Assembly (NCBI GenBank): GCA_030704615.1
Contig: CM060733.1
Coordinates: forward strand, 61,256,001-61,320,000
From: Takakia lepidozioides
Lineage: Eukaryota > Plantae > Bryophyta
DNA length: 64,000 nt
Direction of reading: 5' to 3'
Shown here: in pieces, positions 1 to 14,700 of the stretch
Position numbering within the stretch: position 1 is the stretch's first letter
How the letters are laid out: the number at the start of each line of letters is the position of its first letter
Translations under genes and position numbers: made by a program
Notes under the pieces: generated by a model
What the model was told of the DNA's origin: nothing
The model's input: only the letters and a program-made list of their open reading frames with translations
Databases searched by the model: none

Positions 1-762
1 ATGGTGAAGCAGATCTTGCGGAATTACGTGTCGGCAAACCAATCGGACTGGGTGGAGCACTTGGATGCGGCAGAGTTCTGTTATAATAACACAAAACACT
101 CCGCAACGGGAGTTTCCCCTTTCGTATTGGTCTATGGAAAAACACCTCTAGTGCCGACAAGTTGGGCCGCCCAAGACGTTGAGGAACCGGCAGCAGCAGT
201 GGTGCTGGAAGAACGCGAGCATTTGTTGAAGCTTGCAAAGTACAACATTGCCAAAGCTAGGAAACGGTATGAACGACAGGCAAATCGGAAGCGGAGGGAA
301 GTTAAGTTTGAGGTAGGCATAGAGGTCTGGTTGAACATCAAGAATTTTCGACTATCTCCGGAAGTGAGTCCGAAGTTCGTACCTCCGTATACGAGACCCT
401 TTCGCATCCGGAAGGTTATGAATGAGGATGTGTATGAATTGGAGCTGCCGGCAAACAGCAAGGTGCATCCGGTATTCCACGTCTCTCTTTTAAAGCCTTA
501 CTTCAAAGATGAAGCGCGTCCGAATCGGCATCAAGTGTTGTGTCCGTCACCTATGCTGTTGGATCATGAAAATGAACCTGAGTACGAGGTGGAGGCACTG
601 CTTAAGTCGAGGAGGTTCAAGAATCAAGAAATGGAGTATCTCGTGAAATGGAAGGACTATCATTATGTGGAGGCATCTTGGGTGCGTGCCTCAGAAATGG
701 GAAACGCATCCGAAGCGGTTGCAGCTTTCGAAGGGCGACCTCAAAAGCAGAAGAAGCGTTGA
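1..762 (+). CDS. 3' end of chromovirus (Ty3/Gypsy) pol: integrase C-terminus plus chromodomain (5'-truncated by window edge)
   Basis: Integrase tail DWVEHLDAAEFCYNNTKHSATGVSPF, GPY/F-like module (YTRPFRI..YELELP..VHPVFHVSLLKPY) and chromodomain EYEVEALLKSRR..EYLVKWKDY..ASW. Confidence 0.93.
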   Translation: MVKQILRNYVSANQSDWVEHLDAAEFCYNNTKHSATGVSPFVLVYGKTPLVPTSWAAQDVEEPAAAVVLEEREHLLKLAKYNIAKARKRYERQANRKRREVKFEVGIEVWLNIKNFRLSPEVSPKFVPPYTRPFRIRKVMNEDVYELELPANSKVHPVFHVSLLKPYFKDEARPNRHQVLCPSPMLLDHENEPEYEVEALLKSRRFKNQEMEYLVKWKDYHYVEASWVRASEMGNASEAVAAFEGRPQKQKKR

Positions 763-796
763 TGGGGACATCAACCTTGGATCGTGGGGGAGGAAA

Positions 797-2391
797 TGCA
801 TGCTTAGCCCGGCTTAGCTAGCTTAGGAATCCGATTGCAAAAACTTGTGTTGCACAAATTTTGTTTATAAATGAAATGGTTTTAAATGTTGTGCGTCCTA
901 TTTTGTTTGTAATGGTGATGCATGGTATGGTAGGCTAGTGTATAGAATGCATGCTAGCTTACAAAAGTGGGAGAGATAAATTGGATTAATTGTGTGTTTG
1001 CGTAGTGCCGAAATCGGGTGACTCCCATCCAAGGGGCAAGGAAACTTGCACCTTCTTTGGGAGTTCACGTGCTAGTGTGCATCTGGCGCGTGCGCGTACT
1101 ATAACTGTGCTACCGAGGGGGTTGCCTTGTAGTGTGGGCTAATGCGGAAGCTACGTGCTTCCGTTCACATACTATAATCGTGTAACCTCGGAACGAAGTC
1201 GTAGTGCGGCTTCGGCGTGTTCCCATACCTCAGGCCAGCATTCCAAGCTGGACCCAATTGTAGTGATTGGGGCACACGGTTGGTTCAAGGTTATCTTCCT
1301 AGTCAAAAAGGGTTCAAGATGAACCCTTGCCCAAGGTGATGCCAAAAGCGGCATGATGAGCGGTCGCAAGCAATGTTGTTACAGTAAGGCGATCCGATCT
1401 TCGGGGAGGATCGTTCCTTGGCCCTGAAGTGGGCCAAGAAGAGTGCACTGGGAGGAGCTTGATAGGCTCCACCCTTGGCCGGGACTTGGAGGAAGTTGGC
1501 CGAACTAACTAGTGGAGAGTTGAGTCAAGTGGGGGTTTGGTTCTTTGTCATGGGACGCCATGGTACGGAAACAAACTCCTTGATGTGAAACGCCACAACT
1601 TGGATGTTCGTTTCTACAGAATGGACAAGTCGATGAGGACATCGACTCCCTGTTGGTAGGGGTGTGTGTCGCGGCCTTTTGCCTTGAGGGCAGGGGGGTC
1701 GGGACACAAGAGGGGCTACCCCTATGGTGGGGGCAGTCGCAACAATAGATGCGGGGGCTGAAGCACCCTTGAGTGCCCAAGGCACTCAAGGAGGCGAAGG
1801 CGCTTACTAGGTGGAGCCCCACACACCGGGTTGCGGTGGGGGTGGTTCCACGAGGGGTGGTGGTAGCTTAGTGGGTCTTAGTGGGGGTGGCATAGGACTC
1901 ACCATGGGGCGGAAACCTTGTGGTGGGAGTCGTGGGGAGTCTTGGGACTCATCACGGCCCAATGGGGTCGTGGTGGGTGGGCCAAGACTCACTGTGTCTC
2001 ATCACCGGGAGTCGAGGGTTTTCATGGTGGTTCGCCATAAAATGGCAGGGTTGTTTGTGAAACCCCGCGGACAGTCACAGAAGTATATATAGGGAGTAGT
2101 AACCCCGAGAACGGTGCAAGCCCGTTGGTGACCAAAAACTAGTGAGTAAGCGTGCGAGCCGGAAAGCGACCAAGGCGTGGGGAGCTGTTCCGGACTGCCA
2201 TCGACCAAAGGGAATTTCCACTTGGCCCAAATTGAGAGAGGGTCTCGTGGAGGAGTAAAGGGGGGCCGTTATGTCCCGGTGAGCAGCCGAAGCTCCGAGT
2301 TAGCCCGACGGCCAGTTTGGGAGTTAGGCGCGTGCATCAAAGCGAATAACTATGACTTGAAGGGGAGCTTACCGAAGTGAGGTGCGCGACA
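797..2391 (+). repeat. Probable 3' LTR of the chromovirus, inserted into a Copia integrase
   Basis: Purine tract GGGGGAGGAAA (786-796) directly before TG at 797; ends GACA at 2391, where Copia integrase codons (AERENRTLVKSIRSM) resume. Partner LTR is outside the window. Confidence 0.6.
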
Positions 2392-4666
2392 TGCAGAGCG
2401 AGAGAATAGAACCCTGGTCAAGTCTATTCGCAGCATGATATATGCCAAGCGATTGAGCTTGCAATTGTGGGGGGGAGGCAGCTCAAACGGCAGCCTACGT
2501 ACTCAATCGTTCAAGTTCTCAAGTTCACAATGGAGTAACAATGGACGGGTCATAAACCCACAATGGATCATTTACTTGTGTTCGGGAGCATTGCCTATGG
2601 ACACATCCCCAAATAGCTCAGAAAGAAACTAGATTCTAAGAGCCTCATGACCATTTTTGTTGGATATTGCTACCACTCTAAGGCCTATCGTCTTTGGGAT
2701 GCCAAGAAGCATCGAATTATGATATGTCGCGACGTCCTTTTTGATGAGTTCTCATCACCCCATGACGCTGCCGATTGCCAGCTTGATGAAGCATAAGGAC
2801 TATTCTACGATGTCACGCATGAAGATCATGAACCAGCAGCTATTGATGAGCTCCGAACCACTTGAGACTCCTGCCAAAGAAGTTGTGGTTCAAGAGCTTT
2901 ACTTGGCCAACCAAGCTCCCAACCATGATGGTGATCAAATGGCTGATCAGCAGTCCCATGCACGACCCCAACAACTTCGGGGACCACCTGAGAGGCTTAA
3001 AGATTATTACGTGAGCTCATTTGCAGGCAATATTGTAGAAACCAACAGTTTGCCAGAAGAGCCTGTCACATTTTCTGAGGCCATCAGCTGTCCTGATTCT
3101 GCTGAATGGCAAAAGACAATGCACAAAGAATTCTAGTCCTTGATCAAAAACGAAACATGGGTCTTGACACACTTACCTCATAGCCGCAAGGCCATTTCGT
3201 GTAAGTGGATATAAAAAATAAAGACAACATCTACTCGGGCCATTGCAAAATACAAGGCTCGACTCGTGACCTGCAAGGGCTACAACCAACAATATGGCAT
3301 GGATATGATCAAACGTTTTTCCCAGTTGTTAAATATGAGTCGATCAAGACTGTGCTCCCCATTGCTGCCCAGCAAGATATGGACATTGTTCAGTTCGATA
3401 TAAAGATAGCATTTTTGTATGGGCACTTGGAGGAGGAAATCTACATGCTTCTGGGGATGAAGTAGGGAAGGTTTGTTGTTTACGCAAAAGTCTGTATGGG
3501 CTCAAACAATCTTCCAGAGTTTGGAATCAGAAATTTCACGATTTCCTCACACAGTACGATCTACACCCACTAATGCGGATCCTTGCGTATACTCCAGTCG
3601 GCAGCTGCCTCTTCTCATCACGACCATCTTTGTTGACGACGGCCTTGGGTGCTGCGTTCAGACGGACAAACTGACAGGTATGATCTCGCACATGGAAAAA
3701 GAATTTGAAGTCTCTACATCTGTTGTAGACGTGTATGTTGGTCTCCACATCATACGAGATTGTGCGCACAAGCTTCTTTGGATTGACCAATCCATCTATG
3801 TCAAGAAAATTCTCCATCGCTTAGGGTTTGACCATTGCACACATGTTACCACTCCAGCGGACCCCAACGTCCGACTCGATGATACCTTGGATTGTCTAAG
3901 CGATTTAGACCTGTCATTTCCTTACTCAGAAGTAGTGGGGAGGCTGCAGTTTGTTCATATAGGCACTAGGCCAGACATCTCCTACGCCGTGAACACAGTT
4001 GCTAAATTCTCTTCCCGGCCTCAGAAATCCCATTGTCTGGCTGTAAAGAGAATTTTCAAGTATCTATCCGGCATTGTTCATCTTGCCTTATGTTACGACG
4101 GCAACACTGGGACAAACTTCATTGAAGCATATGCGGACGCTGACTATGTTGGGGATGTTACGGACAAAAAGTCTTGAACTGGGTGTGCGATTCTTTCTCA
4201 ATCAGACACCTGTGATATGGTGCAACCATGCATTGCCAGCTCTACAATAGAGGCGGAATACATCGATGTGAGCAGTGTTACGAGGGAAGTGGTCTGGCTG
4301 CGCAGGCTCCTTACTAACCTTGGTTTTCCTCCAAATCTTCCCACGAAGCTCTATTCCGATAACCAAAGCTCAATTCGACTCGTCCACAACCCCAAGTTTC
4401 ATCGTCGAACCAAGCACATTGACGTGCAGTACCACTTTAGTCGGGAGCACCAGATCCTTGGCACAATCAATATTGTCCTCTACAGTTCGACCATACAGCA
4501 ACTAGCTGACCTGTTTGCGAAGGCACACTACCGGCTGATCAATTTCAAAAGCTTTGCATGCTCCTTGGCACGAGTCTCCTACCCGCAACGGAAGCAGTGG
4601 GAGGGTCGGACATCCAGGCAATGTACAACTCACATTGTCTACAGGAAAATGCTCATGGAGTGGGAG
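2392..4666 (+). pseudogene. Decayed Ty1/Copia pol (integrase C-half, RT, RNase H)
   Basis: Motifs across frames: AERENRTL, KLDSKS..IFVGY..SKAYRLWD, EPVTFSEAI, QFDIKIAFLYGHLEEEIYM, IFVDD, TRPDISYAV, YADADY, YSDNQS, RTKHIDVQYHF; many stops and frameshifts. Confidence 0.93.
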
Positions 4667-5155
4667 TGTATAAAATGTAGAAATAGCACCTGCAGACTAG
4701 TTGGCACTCTACAAGGCCTATGCCCACGTAGAGTACTCAATATACTTATGGTTTAGAAAATGCCACAATCCACCTTTTGATTCCGCCGCCTACAAGATTC
4801 GTCACTCATACTTAGAGACATCTCGCCTAGTATGTGTTAACCTTACTCATAGCCAAGCATGTTCATGTGTCGTTACAGTTGCTCATACTAAGTTCCTTCA
4901 TGCGTGTACTCATGCTAAGGTATGGAAGCTAGGTATATAGTCTCTCCATTTGCATTAACATTTATCTCATTATGTGCAAAGTGTGAGGCTAGCTTATGTA
5001 GTTTAGGACTGTGATCTGAATCTGAAGCACAACTACTCGTGTTCTTTGTGGCATTCCTTGTCTCATGCAAGTCTGTTCCCAGTCCCCTAGTAAGTATTTT
5101 CTATAGCCCAGCCAGGCTCTAACTTCCATGGCTACAACTGCTTATGACAGTAACA
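4667..5155 (+). repeat. Probable Copia 3' LTR
   Basis: PPT GGAGTGGGAG ends at 4666, followed by TG; a candidate TAACA end at 5155. Right boundary cannot be confirmed without the partner LTR. Confidence 0.5.
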
Positions 5156-8100
5156 AACGACCTCGTTATTGAACTGATCCGCACCTAATGGTGCTATATT
5201 TGTTGGCAATGTGATGTCGAATGGAGTCATGCCCATGTTTGTTGGGAACCATTTTCATTTTCAGTGAAGCGCATACACTCAAAATCCATGTACCAGATTT
5301 GTAGGGGACTGTCACCAAGCTCGATCCATGTCCAGTGTGATCAATGGCTCCAGACAGCTACATCAATCCAAAGCCCAATGGACTACCGATCATCTCGTTT
5401 ACAGAGGTCTCGCCCCTTGCGCACCTTTGCAACAAGCACATATCCTTTGGCCCTCTTTTTGGAATCTACTGTAAATCACTGGACGCTCTTGCTTTAATCC
5501 AATGCCTCATACTAGCCCTATTGTTGAAGCAACCCTGTTTTACCATAGGCTGGAGCTGGTGCAATTTCGAAGAAGAGTCATGTGGTCCCAATGCTGAGCA
5601 TCAGCTCAGGAGCTCGTCCACCATAGCTTTCTAGAAGCTGCCCGAAATTAGTTTTTGCGCACAAGTTAACAAACTATTGTGTGTCAGTTTGTTAAGTGCT
5701 AGATGCGGGTTTGGACTAATTTATTGGCGAACCTGTTAGCTATGGAGCACTTTAGCAGTGGCATATGACCCACTACCTAACAGAGGTGCGGCCATGGCCT
5801 TATTATTACTACACTTACACCAACCACCATGAGTTTAAATTTCATTGTAGTTGAAAAGATGGATAGGGTTACGACAGAGGTGGGATTGTTGGGTGTTGGG
5901 ATTTGGTATAAAAAATTTGGGTTCAAGCTATATCACTCAGGGTTTCTCAATGTGAAACCCGCCGCTGCTCAGATTTGTGGCTATATCATTACAAGTTTCT
6001 CAATGCAAAACCCTGTGCTGCCAGTGCTATAGGTTTAGGGTTGTTGGGTATACTACTCAAGGTTTTGCCTTGCAAAACCCTGGTTGAATTAGGGGTTACA
6101 TATGGTGTGTTTTGTTTTCTGTTTGGAGGTAAACCACGAATAATAAGTTTAATATTAAAATGCAGCTTAAGTATTTAATATGTTTGGTTTATTTTTATTT
6201 TTATTCTGTGTATAAATGTATAGATAGACTAGGTAGTTTATCATATTGGTGCAGTTTTGCCTTATAAACGCACAAGATCCCTATGTCCGCTAATGGTTTT
6301 TTTTCATCTTGAAAACATATAACTCCTATGACCCATGTTAAAAAAACAATAAAATCCCCGAGGACCATGGGTTGTGCTCACAGATACCATACCACCCCCC
6401 CCCCCCTTCGGGAGTGAAATAACACTATAAATTATGCTTGTTTCGGCAAGAGTCTCACATCATTCTATCCTACTTCTACTGCAAACAAACTTGGGTCATG
6501 TAGAACCCCTCATTGTTTTGAGTTTTCAAGCCTTAAATAAATACATAAAAACCATTGACTTTAGAGGGTTTGAAGCCCAATAAAAAAAAAACATTCCTGA
6601 CAAAGTGGGTTCTGAAAGAGGCCTTTAAGAAACTGTAGGAAAGTATACACAAATTCAAAGATTTGCACAGCCAAAAAAAATTGAAAATATCATGACAGGA
6701 TGGTTTTTCAACACATCAACAGAGTCTCTTAAACCCTTTGTTGTCTCAAGTTCTAGAACAAATGAATGAGGTAATTTGGACACGTGCGCGAGGTTTGGTG
6801 ATTGATCAAAGGCCCGTGGAATGTGAACTCTTTATGCGATGCACATTGGCTTCTCATGGGCAGGATCGGATCCCAATTAACCACACAATACATGTTCCAC
6901 ATGTCAACTACAACAGCCCACAAAAAAGGCATCCCCTAATATGCATCGGGCAACAATTAAGGTTTGAGTACTTGCTTAGAGCTTACAGAGGCACTAAATG
7001 GGATCAGCAGAGTGTCATCAAGAGTGGACCAATGGTCTGTTCACTCCATTTCTCTCCCCTCAAATCGAAACCAAAAAGGTACAAAAGCCATTATTCTATA
7101 GTGAAAAAAATTGGAGCCCCAATTTTATAACCAGATCAAATTATTTAGGTTTGGATTTAGGGCTGCATGTAAAACGACCTCATATCAAACTCAAATTTTC
7201 AACAAAAAAATTTGCACACGTCTTCATTATGGTTAAACGTGATAAAACTTAACTCACAACTACCGACAATATTTTAACATTAGAGAGAAGACTCCTCCTG
7301 AAGCCAACCTAAATAGGTGCCACTTCCCTTAAGCTAAAGATCTCTAAAATTTAATTTAATATTTGACACCTCCCGAAGGAAGCGTATCTCTTCACCCCAA
7401 GGGTTACTGCCTTCCATTAGGATCTCTAAAAAATAATATAGGTTCCTTTGTACTTGGTAGCCACCTTCAAAATAGTATCGTGTTCCTAATCAATAGCTTA
7501 AGGTAGAAACACCTAAAATGAAGCGGGTACCCAAAACGGACCCCTAGAAAAATACATAAAACTAACCATATGCCATCTTTAACAGGTGCTTTATCACAAG
7601 TGGTCCAAGTTAGGTCATGTGGTGGGCCACAATGGAACTCCAATGAACCGTTTTAACTCATACATGCTCATGATGACACCACTTAACGGACAAGTTAATA
7701 ACCACCAGCGTGCACTTTGAGAGCGTTATCAAGTCAAGACTGGAAGAATGAATCTTAACATGTAGGAGAGGGGATCACATTCCGTGATCAACGATCCCAA
7801 TTGAGTTTCACCTAGACCAACGATCAGGATTGAGTTTAATCCAAATGGACCTTGAGCTCTTTTTTCTTTAAGGTGGGAGGTTACTTTAAGGTCAATAAAT
7901 GGTTATGTTAGTTGACTGACATGGTCCATATTACTATGTTGTTTAAGCACTAAAGTGAAAGAGGATGCACACTTTTTGGGCACCTTTGGCTCTAGATAAA
8001 GTGTACTTGATGTTCAAAATAGTACCCCCTACTGGTCCATTCAAGGTTATTCCATGATTTCACATTGAATATTCACCAATATTATTATTTTTATTATTTT

Positions 8101-8408
8101 TTGCATTAAATTTCATTTCTATGTGTCCACTTCAGAAAAATATATACACGACACTGCACACCTGAAACTGCACACATTTCTTAAATGATCCACTTTAGGT
8201 GTTTCTACCTTAGTTGGATAGGGTTGAGTGCCACCTATATATATATGACGCCGACTGAAGTTCGCGAAAATAAGAGCCTCTTCCCCTTGCAGGTACTTCC
8301 CCCTTTCATGTTGGATTCTACTACTACAACGCTGCACGTGGTGTTATACCCTCCCATTCTTTTGGCCATAAACCTTGTGCTCGGACCTCATGACCAAGTT
8401 CCTTTTAA

Positions 8409-9230
8409 CCCTTAAGTTCCTTAGCGACCTGAATCGGGTCACTTTGAATTTGCAGTTCGACCTAATTTTTGCATATCTAATCTGATGGGGCCCACTCCTG
8501 AAGCTTTAATGACAAGGGATTTGTCTCGGATATGATGAAAAAACAAAATTAAAAAAAAACAAAATCTACCACCTACTAAAACTATCTTAAATCTCTCATT
8601 TGCGTTTTGGGGCCTGAAAAGGGCTTGTTAACCGCTGACGTGGCAAGTAAACAAGCCCAAAACCGATTGCACTCCAAAGGCCATTTTTGGCAAAAAATTA
8701 GCAATTTTGGAAAAAGCACTCACCTCGTGGTGTATGAGCATTACATACACACATCCACCATTGGCTTTTAAAATATTTGTAAAAAAAAAAGTACTTCATT
8801 TGGAAGCACATTTTTCTTTTGTCAATTTTGAGATTTCAACCCCCATGTAATTGCATGAATAGCAAGCATAGGTGAAAAAATCAGTTGGACCTGCAATTTA
8901 GTGGGGTCATAGCCACTCCACTATTGATTTGGAAATGGTAGGCCTTGGGGCAAGCAAAATTGGATAAAGCTAGGTTTTGATTTGGTCAAACCAATTTCTT
9001 TCTCACTTTTTCTTTGGGACCTGATATTTGAGGTCCGGGCCAACACTATACTCTCACAATTTCCACGGTGGACTTGGCTCATTTTTTGGTATGTCATGCA
9101 TAAATGAGCTGGGCCCATTGCTGTAAGGCTGGAATCTCTGGATGATTTTTGGTAGGTTTCTAGGGGCAATTTACTGCAGCTAGGTACCCAAAATTGGTAA
9201 AAAGTCAAAAAAGGGCTTGGGAACTTAGGG
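8409..9230. mobile_element. Candidate non-autonomous piggyBac-like TIR element
   Basis: TTAA|CCCTTAAGTTCC ... GGAACTTAGGG|TTGA: imperfect TIR beginning CCC, flanked by TTAA/TTGA; no coding capacity. Confidence 0.45.
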
Positions 9231-11747
9231 TTGAAAAAGTTAGTTTTTCCTCTCATAGGGAGTTGGACAGTAACTGACTAGAATAGAGCATTGAGTGCCA
9301 CCCAGGTGATGTGGGCTCAAATCTGACTACCGAGTTGTGATTACTATTATTTCTTCTCCGCCTTCCTTTGGGCAGTGTCGCATGAGCCTTGTGCTCTGCA
9401 CCTCATGGCGAGGTTAGTTCAAAGAGGAAAGTTTCTCCTCTTGGGCAAGCGCCATAGGGCCCCCACCCTGGGAGCGGAACCCCCTCTGCCTGTCCTGTTC
9501 CCCCTCACAAACAATGCTCAATTTATTTGAAATGGGTTCTGTATAGACTAGCTTTTGCACAAGCTTTCAGTGGAACCTGTTTTATGCCACTTCCAGTGTT
9601 GGTAAAACTCTGCCTCTCCCAGCCTCATGTGTCCACTGACACCTGTTTCTCCACATGGCCAATCTGTGCCTTTAAAGCCAATTAATGGTAGTACTGCCAC
9701 CTGTGCTAGAATCACCCCCTCAAGAATGGAAAGACTTGTCTCTAAGGGAAACAGGTCAGTGGTGCACAATGGGTACTACATCTGCTCACATTACATGAAA
9801 TGCTCTCGAGATGGGGGTCCATTCCCACATCTCGTTGATATTAAGGATCGACAGCATATTTGAGACCTACTTTCCCATATAAACCAAACAGATGTAAGAT
9901 GGTTATTCATGCAAGAACACATATTTCAGATTTGACTAAGACTTCCACACACATGGACATCCTGCTGCTGTACAACGTGCTGGCCTCTCTTCCTGATCAC
10001 TTCAAGCAAGCCATATGAGGCTTGCCTGATATGGCTTGCTCCGTGCATATCCAACCATCACAACAACTACCCTCCAAAAGTTAGGATACAGTGTTTAACA
10101 ATTCTGGCCTAATGTGAGTTCCTCAGATTTTTCACATATCCTCAAATCCCAGAATGTTACTGATTGGATTCACATTGGCAACCCAGATGGAAAATCTGAA
10201 ATCTTGAGTAACAAAAAAATTCAAAACATGTCAGTGGAACCTACAACCAACCCCTTTAGAAACCTCAGGCGAAAAATCAAACATTCCACTCTCTCCCTCA
10301 ACAAACAAGTCCCACTCAAATCTTCTGCAACTTAATCCTTTGAACTGCACCTTGAAGAGAAGAACATCCGAAGGAGGAACAAATCATTAGATTATGAGTT
10401 GACTGGGCATATCCCAAACTCAGATCAGGAGTTGAGGTTACGCACCTGCATCAAACCTGGCTGTAACTTGCCTAACAAGGTCACCAACCTGAGCAGACGA
10501 GATTGCTTGTTTCTCCAGAACAAATTCCCTGTGTTGATCTTGGAACCTGGTTGCGTTGTGGAAAATGTTAACAAAAAATCCACAAACAAGCTTGTGTCTG
10601 TTACAAGACCGAATTGTGTTAACAGGGCAAAAAATGATGAAGCCGGCCAGAATAGTGAACCAGACTATAACAGACCTGCAAAAAGCCTGACATCACATTG
10701 CCTTTTGAATTTGGTCCATGCAAATGCACACAGAGGATTTATATTTTACCTACAGACATGCTTATCCAAACAATAAATGAAATTGCAAAAAGTACATTAT
10801 TGGTCAATACTCTGGCAAATGAAAGTGGTCAAGAGGGGAAATGTTGGTATCTACAGTGACAGCCAACCAAAATCTAGGGCAAACAATTTTCCCCAACACA
10901 GTTTTTCCAAGGTGTTATCTTTCTCCTACAAAATAATGTTATGTAGTACAAGAGCACAGTTATCATCAAGTCATTTTGCCCAGCAGGAAATAGGGGGGTT
11001 GGGCCCAAATACAATCAAGGCCCACGTCTTCACAAAACTGGCCCAGTACATTTAGCGAGTATAGGAAGACTTCAGAAGCTGATAACATGGCTGAATGAAA
11101 GGAAGGATGTGTAATACAGTCATAATACACATCCAGGAATTGATGCATATCTTTCTATTCTGGTAACAAAAACATAGAGATATCTATAAATGAGTCTTCA
11201 GCAGATGTTGGTCCAAGAAGCAGGGAAAACAGGGTGCTTCGAAAGTCTCCCAGCCGGTACAACACATAAGAAACAGTAGAAACCGCCCAAGCCAGGGGAC
11301 ATCAGTCCTTCAGGACCATTGACAGATAGAGCGAATGGAACTGTGATACATAGAGTGGGCACGGCTCGGCTCCTCTCTCAATGCTATGGGCTGGCTGCGG
11401 CATATATTGTGGGTGGTCTGTGTGGCTCCAGGATCGCGCCAGGCTGCTATAGGAGGAGCAACTGTTATGGGACCGGGAAAAAAGGCACCACGGGATATAT
11501 CAGCAATGCCATCTAGGGTATCAGAAACATTTATCACAACAATGACACGCGGAAACACAGCACAGCTCCTCAACTGGAATCCTTGTGACCTCAGCCCCCC
11601 CCCCCTTCACAATTCCCTAGTTGACCTCACTACTGAGCTTAGATCCCACTAGTAGATAAGATTACTAAGACGGCTTATCCAGCTGAGCATGGGCATAATT
11701 GGTAGCAACTACGTACCTTTTTAAGAATGGCGATCATGAACATATCC

Positions 11748-14700
11748 TTAAGAAGACACACTGGCAGATTGGCCACTGAGAATGAAGGCCTGCACAAGGT
11801 TTTGGGCCGCATGGGTCTGTTGTGGAGTCCCTGATAATTCAATGACTCGCTCAGATGTGCCCTCTTGACAGCTATGCAACTTCACCTTTGCCCCTGAAAT
11901 CTGAGGTGAACACACAGACATGTCATTGAATAGCTCTGCTCTGCATTGCTAATTGTGAACAAAGAAGGATACTAGGGGCGGTACTTACCTGACTTGTTGC
12001 ACTGCAAATAAGTTCCTAGGCCTTGCAGACTGGTGCAAAGTGAATACCTGACGAATTTGTGCAATATTACTGCCACCCCGGCCAATGATGGAGCCTACAG
12101 CCATGTTTGGGATGAGCACTTCCACAGTGGCACCACCAAAGTTTGTTCCTATGTTGCTGCTCAACCTGCTGCCCCTGATCGTGCAACATCAACATCGTTA
12201 TCATAGTGATAGCCACTCAGAACCCTCAACCCTCAGCCTTCTACTTCAAAAATACACTCAATGGATACACAAAAACGTTTGCCACGTGGATTAGGGGAAA
12301 CAATCAAGGCTTTTGTAGAGAGAAGGCGGATGGAGTTAAGGAGAGTGCTGGAGGCAATTTCAGCAATTCATACAATGAGATGTGAAGTTACCCAATGCAA
12401 CTCACAAAGGTAACATATCAGCATTTACAACCAAAGTGAATTCTGCAGCAGAATATGCTACTCATTTCCAAGTATCAAGCTTACCTACCCTCCAAAACCT
12501 CCTCCACCTGGTTGGAGAAGGTGAGATGAGCCACCACCATAGCCAGAGAAACTACTCAATCCACCTCCACCCTGAGGTCATGAAAGGTCAGAAAGTACTG
12601 AATCTCTCTCTTGACTCAACTAGCTGTGAAATACTAATTCCAATAACATTGTCAGCATAGTAAAAAACCATTTCTTCCTCTAACATCAGTCGAGCCTGGA
12701 GCTGCTCAGGACAACTGAACTACGACCCCTAAGCACTGAAAGATAATGGCCAAGCTTGAGGACCCAGGAATGCTAAACCAAGTACTGGAGCACAAGTTAC
12801 TGACCCAAACCCTGGAAAGTGATGCAAAAAATCCAGTCAAGAGGCAGAACTGCAATGCTGGGAAAGTGCAACCAAACAACCTTGTCGTCTGCAAGGCCTC
12901 ACTTCAACATATATATCCTACCCTCTTGTCTCGCCAACTGTCATTACTTTTCAACAAGCAAACTTGTCACGGTTGAGTAAAATCATCCACGTCTGATTGA
13001 CCAGTGAGTGAACCCTAAGCTCATCTGAACATCTGACCCAGCTTACCAATATGCCCCATGCGTCAGGAGGGGAGCCAAGACTTCCAAAACCTGAAGACGT
13101 GTGGACAGCTCCAGGCATGCCCAGCCCAGGTAACGTATACAGTCCTCCAGGTGAACTGGGTTTTTGTCTTCCTCCAAAATCAAATGAGCTAGTAAAGTCA
13201 CCCCCTTGTAAACCGACCCCACCAACTCCCCCTGCTTCACTTGCTCCTTCTTTTAATACATTGTTGCGCAATCTAGTTGTAACTTGCATCAATGCGTTCC
13301 GTGCCACTTTGAGCTCACCTACAATCTGCATTTTTTACTCAATTTAGAAGTCCTGCTGGTGGCAAGAATCAAGGGCAAAGCAACGGAAAAGAAAAATTAT
13401 CCAACCAGAAATATGGAAATCTTCTGCCAAAGAATTCTCACAGAATGGCCTCACATAAGTGACAGAAAGTGGTCTGTGTACCTGGACAAGTTCATCAGTA
13501 TCAAGGGCACATTGAGGTACAGTATCCTTTGGTAATATGCGAATGTTGGCTCGAGTGGCCCTTCTCATGTCAGATATAATGCTGCCCCCCTTTCCCAAAA
13601 GACAACCTATCTGATTTGATGGAACGAGAAGCCTTGTTGTGATGAACCCATCTTTGTCTCCACCCACATCTGCAGTAGTTCTAGCTTGCACCTGAAGCAG
13701 TGCCTCCAACACTGGGGAGAAGGTGTCTTCTGGAAGCTGGGACATAGCACATTTCAGAACTTAAGATGCTGACTAGTAAAATACTTTGCAGTACCTGACA
13801 ACCCCTGCCTTCATATGGAGCCCTTTATGCAATAGGGAGCTCCAGATGTGCTGAGAGGCTAGAGGCACTTTGTGGTGTTTGAATTATTTAAAAGGCAATC
13901 AGTATCTCAGTGCTCATACATCCTGCTCCTGAGGGATCCCCAGGTCCAGGTGGTGGCTAGTTAACTCAGTGGCCCGGTTGCAGCTTAGTTGACCGCGAGG
14001 GTTAAGTCCAATATAGGGCTAGGTGGGTCTGAAACAGCCAGAACCATGTAGGTGTGGCAAGAATGCCTTACCTCTGCCATCTCCGAAACATTTTACTTGA
14101 GGTTAAAGTACGTATCTTCTATCCTCTATGTTCTATGATTATACTCTCCCTGGTTTATCTTTCACCCCTCTCCTTGCTTCTTAGTGATGCTTCTTAGTGA
14201 TGTCCAAACTCCACTGCCATTGGGTTCCCCAGTTTGCAAACATCAAACTTCCAGTTTTTTAGAAATAAGAACACAGGCCCTCCTGAACCGAAAAGCAACG
14301 TAAACTCCAAGCCCAAAACCCAGTGAGAGCACATCTAACATCCGCAAACAATAAAAAGGCGAAGTGTGCACCTCAAGGGCAGAGACAATGATGACACGCT
14401 CGTCAGAACCAGGCACTGCATCAGCAATTTTTATGCGAGCACCTGTTTCCTTCCGCAGGTTGTGAATGATGCTGCCACCCTTCCCAATGACGCTGCCAAT
14501 TTTTTCATTAGGACACAATATGCGAAACACAAGCTCATTCTCAGGAGTTGCATCCTTGCGACTCATAGCTGGCCCAGGCAAACCGGGAGACCCAAATGGC
14601 CACACACCCACCTCGGGATACCCCGGACCAAGGCCAAACACAGGACCACCCACATTCAGAGGAGTTGCTTGTGGCATATATTCACATGCTGACATAGAAG

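Noticed and set aside
9548-11652. Short ORFs downstream of the KH gene
   Set aside because: No recognisable domains; likely 3' UTR, UTR intron or intergenic sequence.
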